DNA from: Cyanobacteria bacterium auto_48_18
GTDB taxonomy: Bacteria; Cyanobacteriota; Vampirovibrionia; Obscuribacterales; Obscuribacteraceae
NCBI GenBank assembly: GCA_036170915.1
Contig: JAVHQC010000006.1
Coordinates: forward strand, 160,001 to 224,000
Direction: 5' to 3'
DNA: 64,000 nt
A program made the translations under genes and the position numbers. The first letter of the stretch is position 1. Each line of letters begins with the position of its first letter. Below, in pieces: positions 9,546-19,893 of this stretch. The notes beneath the pieces are model-generated. The model saw only the letters and a list, made by a program, of their open reading frames with translations. It did not search any database and was not told the origin of the DNA.

Positions 9546-10783
9546 GTTCTATGCCGGCTTTGAAAAACGCACCCGACGAAGGTCGCATACTTTCTTTTCT
9601 TTCTGGAAATCTTGCTCAGGTAGATGTGGCCAAGATTGAAAAAGAGCTGACTCGCCTCTGGGATTCTGCCGGGCGTGCCGCGGGTGATGAGGATGTTGCC
9701 TGGAAACCGGTGATTCGCGCATGCGCACTAAATATGGTGCTGTTGTGCGAAGAAGAAAACGAACGCAAGTTTGAAGGATTGTTGTCTGAAATAACTGTAC
9801 GCCACCCCTGCCGAGCCATATTGGCAGTGATTGCTGAGGCGCCCCTAGAGAAGGTTGAAGCCTGGGTCACCGCCCACTGTCACTTCTTGCCTGGGCGGCT
9901 TGATAAGCAGATGTGCTGTGAGCAGATTTCTGTTAAGTGGTCAGGTTCTGCCTTTGTCTCAACTGGTCTGGCCAGTGTTGTTACACCACTGGTGATACCA
10001 GAGCTGCCTTCGTGGTTGTTTGCCGGCAGTAAACAACTGACCAGTGCCGTGATTGAACCATTTCTTTCTTACCTCGATCATTTGCTCATGGATAGCCGCA
10101 TACAAGATGCCGGTGACACCATTTGTGAAGGCGCTCTGGCGGCCTTGAGTTCAAACTTGAAGATTGCTATGGATCTGGCTGAACATACTGTGGTGGTAGA
10201 CCTTGCCTGGTTAACTATTTCGGCCTGGCGCAAAGCAATTGCCTTGGCTTTTGATGATACTGATGTTTCTATTCTGCCCTCGCGCCTTAAAGCTGTAAAA
10301 ACTATCACAGTGGAATATGGTGGTCAGTCTAAAGGCTTCAGCCAGGCATTGCTATTGGCCACCTGGCTGACAACGAGATTGCAACTGACACCGCAAAGTG
10401 CGCAGTTTAAAGATAACGCTGACAATAAAGGTGAGCTCACTGCTGTTTGCAGTAACAAGCATGGTCATAGTTTGAGCGTTGTTTTGCAAGCCACAAAAGA
10501 TGGCGCTGTTGGGGTCAATGGTTTTGAAATGGCCTTTAGCGACGGCGATGATCTGCTCAATGTTGACTTTTCGTGCGGTGCGTTGAAGGTAACCAATAAC
10601 GGCTCTGAAGAGTTTATGGAATTGCCCTGGTCGAGCTCCCGTGACAAAAATGGAGAAGGGGAGCCGGCTTTCACTGAGCTTGTAGATTTCGCATTTGAAC
10701 ATTCTGCTAAAGATCCAGTTTATTTAGCAGCGGCTAAAAGCGCCAACGATTTACTCAAACTAATTTGCAAGGCGAGTAAATAA
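9542..10783 (+). CDS. opcA: G6PDH assembly/allosteric activator OpcA
   Basis: Overlaps zwf stop; IEKELxxLW, HPCR, CCEQI, PELP, DLAW...WR motifs. Confidence 0.85.
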   Translation: MSSMPALKNAPDEGRILSFLSGNLAQVDVAKIEKELTRLWDSAGRAAGDEDVAWKPVIRACALNMVLLCEEENERKFEGLLSEITVRHPCRAILAVIAEAPLEKVEAWVTAHCHFLPGRLDKQMCCEQISVKWSGSAFVSTGLASVVTPLVIPELPSWLFAGSKQLTSAVIEPFLSYLDHLLMDSRIQDAGDTICEGALAALSSNLKIAMDLAEHTVVVDLAWLTISAWRKAIALAFDDTDVSILPSRLKAVKTITVEYGGQSKGFSQALLLATWLTTRLQLTPQSAQFKDNADNKGELTAVCSNKHGHSLSVVLQATKDGAVGVNGFEMAFSDGDDLLNVDFSCGALKVTNNGSEEFMELPWSSSRDKNGEGEPAFTELVDFAFEHSAKDPVYLAAAKSANDLLKLICKASK

Positions 10784-10789
10784 CTGCTC

Positions 10790-11590
10790 ATGAGAAGCAT
10801 TCAAGTAAACCAGCAAACCATAAATATAGCGGAAGACGAGCCAAAACTTTTCACCGCGCTGGCTACTAGAATTGCTGAGATGGCTCATAAGTGCGTTGCC
10901 GACGACAACATTTTTTCCATTGCCCTTTCAGGCGGCAACACTCCGCGCGGCCTTTATGGTCACCTGGCTAAGTTTTCAGCTGAACAATTTCCCTGGAATT
11001 CCACTTTTCTTTTTCTTGGTGATGAACGCTGTGTGCCGCATGCCGACGGCGAAAGCAATTACAAAATGATCAGTGATAGTTTGCTCAGTCACATTTCCAT
11101 TCCAGCTACCAATGTTTATCCCACCATCAATCAAGATAAAGACCCCGAAGATTCGGCCAAGCGTTACGAGCAAAGTTTGCGGCGTTTTTTCAAAATGACT
11201 GAGCAAAATAGTTTGAATGAGCAGAATAAGTCAGGCGAAAAACAATGGCCACGTTTATCACTGGCTCTCATGGGGTTGGGAAATGATGGTCATACCGCCT
11301 CTCTCTTTCCGGGTACGTTGGCACTAGAAGAGCAAGGCAGACTCTGCGTGGCCAACCATGTGCCCCAGCTCGACACCACCAGGTTGACATTGACCAGACC
11401 GGTTTTTGCCCACGCAAAAAAAATATTTTTCCTTGCTGCGGGTGAAAGCAAGGCCGAAATATTTGCCGATGTAATTATGCATTCTGAAAAGAAATATCCC
11501 TCACAGTTGGTCATTAGTGACTGCCCTGAAGGGTCTGTTGAATGGTTTGTAGACGAGTCTTGTGCAAGGCTCTTAAAAGTAAATAAGTGA
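10790..11590 (+). CDS. pgl: 6-phosphogluconolactonase
   Basis: ALSGGNTP, GDERCVP, SNY, GLGNDGHTASLFP, RLTLT. Confidence 0.95.
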   Translation: MRSIQVNQQTINIAEDEPKLFTALATRIAEMAHKCVADDNIFSIALSGGNTPRGLYGHLAKFSAEQFPWNSTFLFLGDERCVPHADGESNYKMISDSLLSHISIPATNVYPTINQDKDPEDSAKRYEQSLRRFFKMTEQNSLNEQNKSGEKQWPRLSLALMGLGNDGHTASLFPGTLALEEQGRLCVANHVPQLDTTRLTLTRPVFAHAKKIFFLAAGESKAEIFADVIMHSEKKYPSQLVISDCPEGSVEWFVDESCARLLKVNK

Positions 11591-11607
11591 TCAATCTGGA
11601 GGATGAG

Positions 11608-13077
11608 ATGGCTGACAGTAAAGACGGCAAATTAAGTGATATTGGTCTGGTTGGCCTGGGAGTAATGGGAGAAAACCTGGCGCTCAATATTGAGCGCAAC
11701 GGTTTTAAAATTTCCATCTTTAACCGCAGTCACTCTAAAGTTGTTGATTTTGTGGAAGGCAGAGGCAAAGGCAAAAATGTGGTGGGTTGCCCTGACGAGA
11801 AAAGTTTTGTGGAATCAATTGCTAAACCTCGCAAAATTATTTTGCTGGTCAAAGCCGGCGATGCTGTTGATCAAACCATTGATAAACTAAAACCTTTCCT
11901 GGAAAAAGGTGACATCATCATTGATGGTGGCAACTCACACTTCACCGACACTATGAAAAGAGAAAAAGCCCTGGCCACCGAAGGCTTTAAGTTTGTGGGC
12001 TCCGGCGTATCAGGTGGTGAAGAAGGCGCTCTGTGGGGCCCGTCACTCATGCCTGGTGGAAACCTTGAAGCGTACAAAGAAGTACAACCTATTTGGGAAG
12101 CTATCGCGGCGAAAGTAGACGGCAGCCCGTGCGTAACCTATTTAGGACCAGATGGTGCCGGACACTTCGTCAAAATGGTGCATAACGGTATCGAATACGG
12201 TGATATGCAATTAATTGCTGAAATCTACGACGTGCTCAAACGTGTGCTCAATATGTCTGCTGCGCAAATGGCTGATGTATTCAGTAACTGGAATAAAGGA
12301 CTGCTGGATTCATTCTTAATTGAAATCACAGCGCAAATTTTGTCGGTGGTGGACCCTGAAACTAAAAAACCACTGGTTGATTTGATTCTCGACAAGGCCG
12401 GTCAAAAAGGTACAGGCAAATGGACTTCTGAGGCTGCCTTAGATTTAGGAGTGCCGGTACCGACAATCGACGCTGCCCTCACTGGGCGCGTTTTATCGTC
12501 AATGAAAGACGAAAGAAAAGTGGCCTCCACGGTATTTGCTTCTGTCACAAATGAGTTGGCCAAATTAGCGCCGGCTGACAAAGCACTAGTTGCCCATCTA
12601 GAAAAAGCCTTATATGCCAGCAAAATTTGCAGTTACGCACAGGGTATGGCTTTGATCAAAGCCGGTTCTGATAAGTACAACTGGGGCGTCAATCTTTCTG
12701 AGTGTGCGCGCATCTGGAGAGGCGGCTGTATTATTCGCGCTCAACTGCTGGAGCGCATTCGCACTGCTTTTGATAATGATCAGAATTTGCCCAACCTGTT
12801 AATCGATCCTGACTTTGCTTCGTGGATGGCAGCCTCACATGAATCATTGCGGGCAGTAATTCAAGAAGCTGTCAAACGCGGCATTCCGGTACCAGCTCTG
12901 GCAGCCAGCTTGTCTTATTTTGATAGCTACCGTAGCGCGCAACTTCCGCAAAACCTCACTCAAGCGCAAAGAGATTTCTTTGGTGCACACACTTACGAAC
13001 GTGTAGATAAACCAGCTGCAGGATTTGTACACACTGAGTGGGCCGAGCTGATTAAAGAGCCAATCAAGACAATATAA
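11608..13077 (+). CDS. gndA: NADP-dependent 6-phosphogluconate dehydrogenase
   Basis: GLGVMG, DGGNS, SGGEEGA, KMVHNGIEYG, QAQRDFFGAHTY; GGAGG SD. Confidence 0.97.
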   Translation: MADSKDGKLSDIGLVGLGVMGENLALNIERNGFKISIFNRSHSKVVDFVEGRGKGKNVVGCPDEKSFVESIAKPRKIILLVKAGDAVDQTIDKLKPFLEKGDIIIDGGNSHFTDTMKREKALATEGFKFVGSGVSGGEEGALWGPSLMPGGNLEAYKEVQPIWEAIAAKVDGSPCVTYLGPDGAGHFVKMVHNGIEYGDMQLIAEIYDVLKRVLNMSAAQMADVFSNWNKGLLDSFLIEITAQILSVVDPETKKPLVDLILDKAGQKGTGKWTSEAALDLGVPVPTIDAALTGRVLSSMKDERKVASTVFASVTNELAKLAPADKALVAHLEKALYASKICSYAQGMALIKAGSDKYNWGVNLSECARIWRGGCIIRAQLLERIRTAFDNDQNLPNLLIDPDFASWMAASHESLRAVIQEAVKRGIPVPALAASLSYFDSYRSAQLPQNLTQAQRDFFGAHTYERVDKPAAGFVHTEWAELIKEPIKTI

Positions 13078-13083
13078 GGCCGA

Positions 13084-14031
13084 TTGCCAACATTCTCGCT
13101 CACAGCCATCAATGTCGGTACTTTCAATCTGGGAGAAGCCGACAAGATTATTACTCTTTTTTCTCGCGAGAAAGGAATACATCGTGCTGTGGCAAAAGGG
13201 GCGCGCAAGCCGGGAGCACGCATTTCAGGTAAAGCTGAATTGCTCAACGTCAATCGCCTGTTACTGGCCAAAGGCAAGAATCTCGACATCATTACTCAGT
13301 GCGAAAATATCGAGACTTTCGCCAACCTGCGCCATGACTTGACCCGGCTCACTTATGCACTGTATTACGCTGAATTGACTCAAGTATTTGGTCAGGGCCT
13401 AAATGAAGAATCTGAGAAATACTTTGATCGGCTCTGCCTTTCAATGGGTTTGATGGCAGCAAGCGGTCGAGATCCGGCATTGCTCTGCCTCGAATTTGAA
13501 TTTGCCTTACTGGATATGCTTGGTATCAAACCGGAGCTGAATTTTTGTGTAGGATGTCGCGCACCGTTGACTGAGAGTAATTTGACGGCATTCAATCATG
13601 AGTTGGGTGGTCTGGTTTGCCAGACATGTTTTCACCGAATGCGCAGGCTAGCTGCCTCTAACGATGGTGTGAGGGAAGGGGCCGAGCGCTACGAGGGTGA
13701 ACCAGAAACTGAATCGCAGGTGCCGGACAGCCAGGAAGAAAATATACGTCTTGGATTGGCGGCTCGCTCAGAAGCACGCTCAGAAGCACGTTCAAGTGCA
13801 ATGGAGGGTCAGCGCACCAATGTCTATGTCACGCCCCTGGTATGGAAGCGTATGGTGCTGGCTAACGTAGGCTCAGAGCAAATTGATATGGAAATTAATC
13901 CTGAGCAGGCAAAAGAGCCAAGAGCGCTGGTTGGGGCCACTATAGCCGCACGAAGGGTAATGCAATCGTATATCGAATACAAGGCCGGGAAGCGTATGCG
14001 CGCTCTTGACCTGCTTGCCAACTTGATTTGA
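13084..14031 (+). CDS. recO: DNA repair protein RecO (Zn-finger type, with long internal insertion)
   Basis: GEADKIITLFSRExG, AVAKGARK, CVGC...CQTC. Confidence 0.9.
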   Translation: MPTFSLTAINVGTFNLGEADKIITLFSREKGIHRAVAKGARKPGARISGKAELLNVNRLLLAKGKNLDIITQCENIETFANLRHDLTRLTYALYYAELTQVFGQGLNEESEKYFDRLCLSMGLMAASGRDPALLCLEFEFALLDMLGIKPELNFCVGCRAPLTESNLTAFNHELGGLVCQTCFHRMRRLAASNDGVREGAERYEGEPETESQVPDSQEENIRLGLAARSEARSEARSSAMEGQRTNVYVTPLVWKRMVLANVGSEQIDMEINPEQAKEPRALVGATIAARRVMQSYIEYKAGKRMRALDLLANLI

Positions 14032-14042
14032 GAATTCCTTGG

Positions 14043-14054
14043 TAGTGCTAAAAT
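14043..14054 (+). promoter_or_regulatory. Extended -10 promoter candidate for glyA
   Basis: TAGTGCTAAAAT, same 12-mer as upstream of zwf. Confidence 0.45.
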
Positions 14055-14081
14055 ACGCTGTACAAGACCATTGGGGTGAAT

Positions 14082-15350
14082 ATGAGTTTAACTAACAGCC
14101 ATCTGGCAAATAGCGATCCGGCACTGTTCGAGATGATCGAGAAAGAGCTCTTTCGGCAGCAGAACAGTATCGAGTTGATTGCTTCAGAAAATTTCGTCAG
14201 CGAAGCTGTCTTAGAAGCCCAGGGCTCAGTCTTGACAAACAAATATGCTGAAGGTTTGCCTGGCAAGCGCTATTACGGCGGCTGCCAGAACGTTGACGAT
14301 GTAGAGCGGTTAGCCATTGCCCGCATCAAAGAACTTTTTGGTGCCCCTCATGCCAACGTGCAACCGCACAGTGGTGCTCAGGCCAATATGGCCGTATTTT
14401 TCGCCATGCTTAAACCTGGAGACACGATTCTAGGTATGGCTCTCGATCAAGGTGGTCACCTGACGCACGGATCGCCGGTGAACATATCTGGTAAGTGGTT
14501 TGATGCCCATTTCTATGGTGTTGATCCACAATCTGGAAGGCTCGATTATGACATGGTGGCAAAAGCCGCATCTGCCGTTAAACCTAAAATGATTGTCTGT
14601 GGTGCCAGCAATTATCCGCGCATCATTGATTTTGCAAAAATGCGTCAGATTGCCGATAGCGTAGGCGCCTTCTTGCTCGCCGACATCGCTCACATTGCTG
14701 GTCTTGTGGTTGCTGGTCTGCATCCTAATCCTTTTCCGCATGCTCATTTTGTCACCACTACGACGCACAAAACACTGCGTGGACCACGCGGTGGTGTGGT
14801 GATGTGTCTCGAAGAACACGCAGCTGCAGTTGATAAGGCTGTTTTTCCAGGTATTCAGGGCGGGCCACTGATGCACGTAATCGCCGCCAAGGCAGCAGCT
14901 TTTGGTGAAGCGTTAAAACCTGAGTTCAATGTTTATCAAAAATCTATAGTTGATAATGCCGCCATGCTGGCTTCTACTCTGGTGGAAGAAGGACTGGCGA
15001 TAGTTTCTGGTGGCACAGATAACCACCTGATGACCGTCGATTTGCGGCCGATTAGCATGACCGGCAAAAAAGCGTGTGCCATTCTTGAAGAAGTAAATAT
15101 CACCACCAATAAAAACGCAGTGCCCAACGATCCAGAGAAGCCTATGGTCACCAGTGGCATTCGGCTGGGTACACCAGCTGTGAGCACTCGCGGTATGGGT
15201 GTGGCTGAAATGAAAATCATCGGCCGTGCTATTGCCTCAACTCTAAAGGCACCAGACGATGAAAGCGCTCGCAAGCAGACCCAGAAAATAGTTGAAGAAC
15301 TCTGTTCAAAATTCCCTCTTTACGAGAGCAAGCTAGCATCGGTTAGATGA
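14082..15350 (+). CDS. glyA: Serine hydroxymethyltransferase
   Basis: LIASEN, [22 protein letters not shown]. Confidence 0.98.
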   Translation: MSLTNSHLANSDPALFEMIEKELFRQQNSIELIASENFVSEAVLEAQGSVLTNKYAEGLPGKRYYGGCQNVDDVERLAIARIKELFGAPHANVQPHSGAQANMAVFFAMLKPGDTILGMALDQGGHLTHGSPVNISGKWFDAHFYGVDPQSGRLDYDMVAKAASAVKPKMIVCGASNYPRIIDFAKMRQIADSVGAFLLADIAHIAGLVVAGLHPNPFPHAHFVTTTTHKTLRGPRGGVVMCLEEHAAAVDKAVFPGIQGGPLMHVIAAKAAAFGEALKPEFNVYQKSIVDNAAMLASTLVEEGLAIVSGGTDNHLMTVDLRPISMTGKKACAILEEVNITTNKNAVPNDPEKPMVTSGIRLGTPAVSTRGMGVAEMKIIGRAIASTLKAPDDESARKQTQKIVEELCSKFPLYESKLASVR

Positions 15351-16678
15351 AAACATTAGAACTGCCGACTCAAGAACCAAAAAAACCTGGTCCTAGCCGT
15401 GCTTCACGGTTAGCGATTCCTTTTTTCCAGGTTCTGCTTTTGGCCGTCGGTGTCTGGTGGGCCAATGGCCCTGCAAATAACGATCTTAGTTTGATGCAAG
15501 GTCCGGGCTTTTTAATTGCGCTTTCTATCAGCTGGTGCCTGGTGCCCGAAATTAGAACCAGGGCATTGAAAATCGGCCTGGTTGATAAGCCAGGTGAAGA
15601 CCGGCGCATTCACAAGGTGGCTGTGCCTCGTCTTGGTGGCGTTGCAATATATATAAGCGTGCTGGCCACTGTTATCACCCTGGTGTTGATAGCCGGTCGC
15701 CTGCCTCAAGATGCTCGAGGGCAAGAAGGCATATTTGCCATTGCCGTTGGTGGCACTCTGGTATTTGTCCTCGGTCTGATGGACGATTTAGAATCAATCA
15801 AAGCTAAGTACAAATTACTGACGCAAATACTTGCAGGCTGTGCTGCTTACGCACTAGGGGTGCGGGTCAAATCCATACCCATTCCACAAAATATGCCCGA
15901 CATCGATATTGGATTTTTGCATATTCACGCTGGTGTTCCGATTGAGCTGGGCGGTTGGAGTATAATTCTGACGGTGCTCTGGCTTGTGGGTGTCGCCAAT
16001 GCCGTCAATTTGATTGATGGTATGGACGGCCTTGCGGCTGGTGTATCAGCCATCTCAGCTTTGACTATCTGGGCAGTGGCTCTTGGCGTGGCTAAGCCAT
16101 ACGCGGCGCTAATGGCTGCTGTAATCGCTGGCGCTTTGCTGGGTTTTCTACGCTGGAATTTCAACCCTGCTCGCATTTTTCTAGGTGACTCAGGTGCTTA
16201 TCTAACTGGTTTTATTCTGGCGGCCGTATCCATTACCGGCGTAGTCAAGGGCGCATCATCCACAATGATTGTGCCTACAAGTCTTGTGGTTTTGTTGATT
16301 CTCGCTTTCCCCTTAATTGATACTTCCTGGGCAATTGTACGCAGAGTGGTGAAGTTAAAATCACCCTTTGAACCAGATCGCCTGCATATTCACCACAGGC
16401 TTTTAGACACTGGCCTTGATCAAAAGAAAGTAGCGTACATAATCTATGCGGTCTCTGCAGTGCTGGGTTTTGTGGCCGCCTATCTCGTTAATCAGCATAT
16501 TTTCTACTTGAAACTCTTAGGTTGCGTTCTTGTTATGGCCCTCTTTTTCGCAGAAGTTCTAAACCGCCACCGCCAGCGCGGACAAATCCCCAAAGTCAAA
16601 GTTGATCCAGAGACCGGTCGAGAAATAAATGCAGACGAGCCACCACCTCCGCCAAAACCATCAGAGGCAGGCAGCTGA
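15347..16678 (+). CDS. MraY/WecA/TagO-family polyprenyl-phosphate HexNAc-1-P transferase
   Basis: [44 protein letters not shown]. Confidence 0.92.
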   Translation: MKTLELPTQEPKKPGPSRASRLAIPFFQVLLLAVGVWWANGPANNDLSLMQGPGFLIALSISWCLVPEIRTRALKIGLVDKPGEDRRIHKVAVPRLGGVAIYISVLATVITLVLIAGRLPQDARGQEGIFAIAVGGTLVFVLGLMDDLESIKAKYKLLTQILAGCAAYALGVRVKSIPIPQNMPDIDIGFLHIHAGVPIELGGWSIILTVLWLVGVANAVNLIDGMDGLAAGVSAISALTIWAVALGVAKPYAALMAAVIAGALLGFLRWNFNPARIFLGDSGAYLTGFILAAVSITGVVKGASSTMIVPTSLVVLLILAFPLIDTSWAIVRRVVKLKSPFEPDRLHIHHRLLDTGLDQKKVAYIIYAVSAVLGFVAAYLVNQHIFYLKLLGCVLVMALFFAEVLNRHRQRGQIPKVKVDPETGREINADEPPPPPKPSEAGS

Positions 16679-16690
16679 TAGAAGATAGCT

Positions 16691-18232
16691 ATGGCTGCAA
16701 CAGAAAATGATGGCAACGGCCTAAACAGTCCGTTGGCAATCATGATTTTGTTGCCGACTTTGATACTTCTAAGTGTGCGATTGTTCTCAGCAGATTTTAT
16801 TTTGGCCCCTCAGGTTGCTCTGCACCTCGACGGCGCCAGCCGAATGCTCGCTGGGCAAAAGCCCTATTTAGATTTTTGGGACTGGAGTCAGCCAGCCCTT
16901 CTGGCACTATATTCGGTGCCGCAACTGGTCGCTGGCCTGATACCTCATTTTCTTTCCATCAGTGATTGGACCAAACTGATTCTCTGGGTGCTGACTCTCG
17001 GCTCGCTAACATTGTCTCTTTTGATCGTCAGGCGACTGGAATGCTTTTCTGCAGTTGCCCTTGCATTAGGATGCGCCAATCTCTCGGTGTGCTCACAATT
17101 TGGCAGCACACAGCATTTGCTGATGCTGGCTCTCACACCGTGGATTTTAATGCGCTGGGCTACTGGTGAACGTCTGAACTCGTCGCTGCCCTTGCAGTTG
17201 CTGATAGCCGGCCTTATTGCCTATGCTTGCGCCCTAGACTTACCTCATCTGGCAGTGTTGCTCTGGTGCGAGGGTTTCTTCTTTCTGCGCTATGGCCTGG
17301 TGAAACAAATGGCCCAGCAGCTTCTGATATTGGCGCTGGCTCTTTTGGTTATTTGGGGCCTTACATTGATGGATACATCCATCTGGCAAAGTTACTGGCA
17401 GTGGACTATACCTCTGCGTCTAGCCCAATATAAATATTTTGATAGTGCTCTAAAAGGCACCACTGTTCCCGACCATGCAAATTTTCTTTACCTTTTTGCT
17501 CTGGTGCAGCTGGCCGCATTTTACTTAAGTGATGGCAAAAACCGCTCTGCCGCAAATCTCAGTGGGGCCTTTGCATCACTGGCTCTGGCCGGGCTAACAC
17601 TATTTATCGCTGAAGGTGAAGGGCTTAGTTGTGACATTGTCATAGTTGTGTACGCCACAGTGTTTTTGCTTTCGCTGTTACTGGTGACTCTTGTGCGCCG
17701 AAACAAGTTGACCGCCTCTAAGCCAGTTCTCATCGCCAGCTTGTCTATAGTCAGCATCGCTTTGCCGATATGCATACTCTCCGTTACTGCTAAACCCGCA
17801 GTGCCTGTTAATTTGATTGCAAATCAAAACATAGACCAAACGATTTTAAAACTCAGTAGTGATGGAGATCAAATAGGCATATTTGCTGAGTATCCAGACG
17901 TGGCTTATCCGCGTCTTGAGAGACTTCATAGGAAATCTAGTGGTTATTTATTATGGGCCAGACCACTGCGCATGCTCTGCGATTTTCAGCAGGGCAAACG
18001 GTTGACCGATGATCAATTCTCTTTTCAAACCTATTTTATGACGAAAATCGCTGAAGATTTTGTCAGCGGCAAAGCAAGTCTAATATTAGTTGAAGAGCCA
18101 AAACAGTCTGAATTGCTGGCCTTTAACGGTTTGGATAGAGTCTTGCATAAAAATTATCTTCCTGCGGGCAATTGTCAGGTTTTTGCTGAGCCCTATGGTC
18201 TAACTAATTTTTCTGTGTGGCGGCGCAAATGA
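16691..18232 (+). CDS. GT-C-like polytopic membrane protein (degenerate paralog of the next gene)
   Basis: About 11-12 TM; GQKPYLDFWD loop similar to the next gene. Confidence 0.6.
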   Translation: MAATENDGNGLNSPLAIMILLPTLILLSVRLFSADFILAPQVALHLDGASRMLAGQKPYLDFWDWSQPALLALYSVPQLVAGLIPHFLSISDWTKLILWVLTLGSLTLSLLIVRRLECFSAVALALGCANLSVCSQFGSTQHLLMLALTPWILMRWATGERLNSSLPLQLLIAGLIAYACALDLPHLAVLLWCEGFFFLRYGLVKQMAQQLLILALALLVIWGLTLMDTSIWQSYWQWTIPLRLAQYKYFDSALKGTTVPDHANFLYLFALVQLAAFYLSDGKNRSAANLSGAFASLALAGLTLFIAEGEGLSCDIVIVVYATVFLLSLLLVTLVRRNKLTASKPVLIASLSIVSIALPICILSVTAKPAVPVNLIANQNIDQTILKLSSDGDQIGIFAEYPDVAYPRLERLHRKSSGYLLWARPLRMLCDFQQGKRLTDDQFSFQTYFMTKIAEDFVSGKASLILVEEPKQSELLAFNGLDRVLHKNYLPAGNCQVFAEPYGLTNFSVWRRK

Positions 18233-19824
18233 TTTCAGCAAAAATTATTTCTAAATCTATTTTCGCAAGTCACAACTGGTGCTTTTGTACAGGCGTTTTG
18301 ATTGTGCTTATGGCCTTATTTTGCAAAATTCCATACTGGTTTGCCCATCCGCTGCTTATTCACGCAGACCAGTCTGTTTATCTGGCCATGGCAGATATGT
18401 TTTTACAAGGAAAGAAACCATATGTAGATTTCTTCGACTTCAATCCGCCATTGATAATTTATTTGAGCACCATACCAGTAGCCATATCAAAGATGGTGCC
18501 TTTGCCGTCGATTCAGATTTTCAATCTAACAGTCAATTTTTTGATGCTATTTTCCACAGCTCTTAGTGGTGCGCTTTTTTATGCTAACCGCCATTCTACT
18601 GATCGCTATTTGTATTTCCCTCTACTTCTTGCGCCCATAATCTGCACTCAGACTCAATCTTATGATTTTGGCCAGAGAGAACATTTGTTTGTGCTTCTTT
18701 ATTTTCCCTTTTTTGTCTGTCGATTGATGCGCTATCGCTCTGGTCATATTCCGGCAAATTTGTCAGCACTGGTGGGAATATTTGCCGCGGTCGGCGTCTC
18801 TCTGAAACCACAGTTTTTGCTTACCGCACTGCTTCTTGAAGCTGTGCTGATGGGGCAATGGCGCACGTTGAAATTTGCCAGTAGCCCGGAGACCAAAATT
18901 TGTGCACTGCTTACGGTGCTCTACCTGGTTCATTTCGTTTTTCTCGGACAGACCGCCCTTGATGTTTTGTTGCAGCAAGCCTGGCCAATTTACACTACCG
19001 GGCTTTCGTATTTTCATATTGGTTTTATTGAGGGGCTAGCCTCACTAAGCAACTTCTCGTATCCATACTATTTACTCGCTCTAGCACTGACTCTGGCCTT
19101 TGCCTGTAAGGGCCGCAGCCCCTGGCTTGAGCCTGCTGTGGCACTAACCCTGGTCTCTTTGTTTTCTCTGCTGCAAGCCGGCAGCATCTGGACCTACCGC
19201 GGCATTCCCTTACAGCTTGGCTGTTGGATTTTAATCGCTCTGGCCACAGGACTCGGCATAGAGTTTTTGTTCACTCGTAAGCCCAAAATTCAAGTGCCGC
19301 TAAGGCTTCTATTGCTGGCAGGTTCTGCTTATATTTGTTTGTGCGCCTTTGCCCCAGATGCTTTTAAAGATAGTGCATCTGGTTCACGCCAATTTGATTT
19401 AGCACAGATAGGCTATAGCGGTAAGTCTCCGCTAAATGATTTGTCGCCTCTGGCGCCCAGTATTGTCGCTCACAGCAAAATGGGCGATAAAGTTATTTAT
19501 CTCGGTAGAGGGGTGCGGCCCGGCTATCCTTCAATTTTGCAGGCGCGCCGAAATTCAGGATCGCGTTATCTGCACGGAATGATTTTGCCAATGCTATTGG
19601 TGTGCATTGAGAAGAATCCGACCCGGTACACGCCGCTGCTCGATAAAGTAATCGCTAACTATGGCGACGACATTCTTGCCAATAAACCGAAACTGATTTT
19701 CATGGACGATATTTTTGTCGCTCCGCTTTTCGCGCAGCATCAATTTGTTCAAAAATACATGACAAATTACGAACTAGTCGAGCGCGTGGAGAAGGCTCAG
19801 TGCACTCTCTACAGAAGTAAATAG
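18229..19824 (+). CDS. GT-C-fold (ArnT/GT39-like) membrane glycosyltransferase
   Basis: First loop HADQSVY...GKKPYVDFFDFNPP, GQREH, LKPQF, many TM segments and a C-terminal soluble domain. Confidence 0.7.
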   Translation: MISAKIISKSIFASHNWCFCTGVLIVLMALFCKIPYWFAHPLLIHADQSVYLAMADMFLQGKKPYVDFFDFNPPLIIYLSTIPVAISKMVPLPSIQIFNLTVNFLMLFSTALSGALFYANRHSTDRYLYFPLLLAPIICTQTQSYDFGQREHLFVLLYFPFFVCRLMRYRSGHIPANLSALVGIFAAVGVSLKPQFLLTALLLEAVLMGQWRTLKFASSPETKICALLTVLYLVHFVFLGQTALDVLLQQAWPIYTTGLSYFHIGFIEGLASLSNFSYPYYLLALALTLAFACKGRSPWLEPAVALTLVSLFSLLQAGSIWTYRGIPLQLGCWILIALATGLGIEFLFTRKPKIQVPLRLLLLAGSAYICLCAFAPDAFKDSASGSRQFDLAQIGYSGKSPLNDLSPLAPSIVAHSKMGDKVIYLGRGVRPGYPSILQARRNSGSRYLHGMILPMLLVCIEKNPTRYTPLLDKVIANYGDDILANKPKLIFMDDIFVAPLFAQHQFVQKYMTNYELVERVEKAQCTLYRSK

Positions 19825-19893
19825 GGACGCATGCTTGTACACTGGTTGCTAAGAGCCTATTTTAGTAGATGGTTACAGCATAATTTGAAGTAG

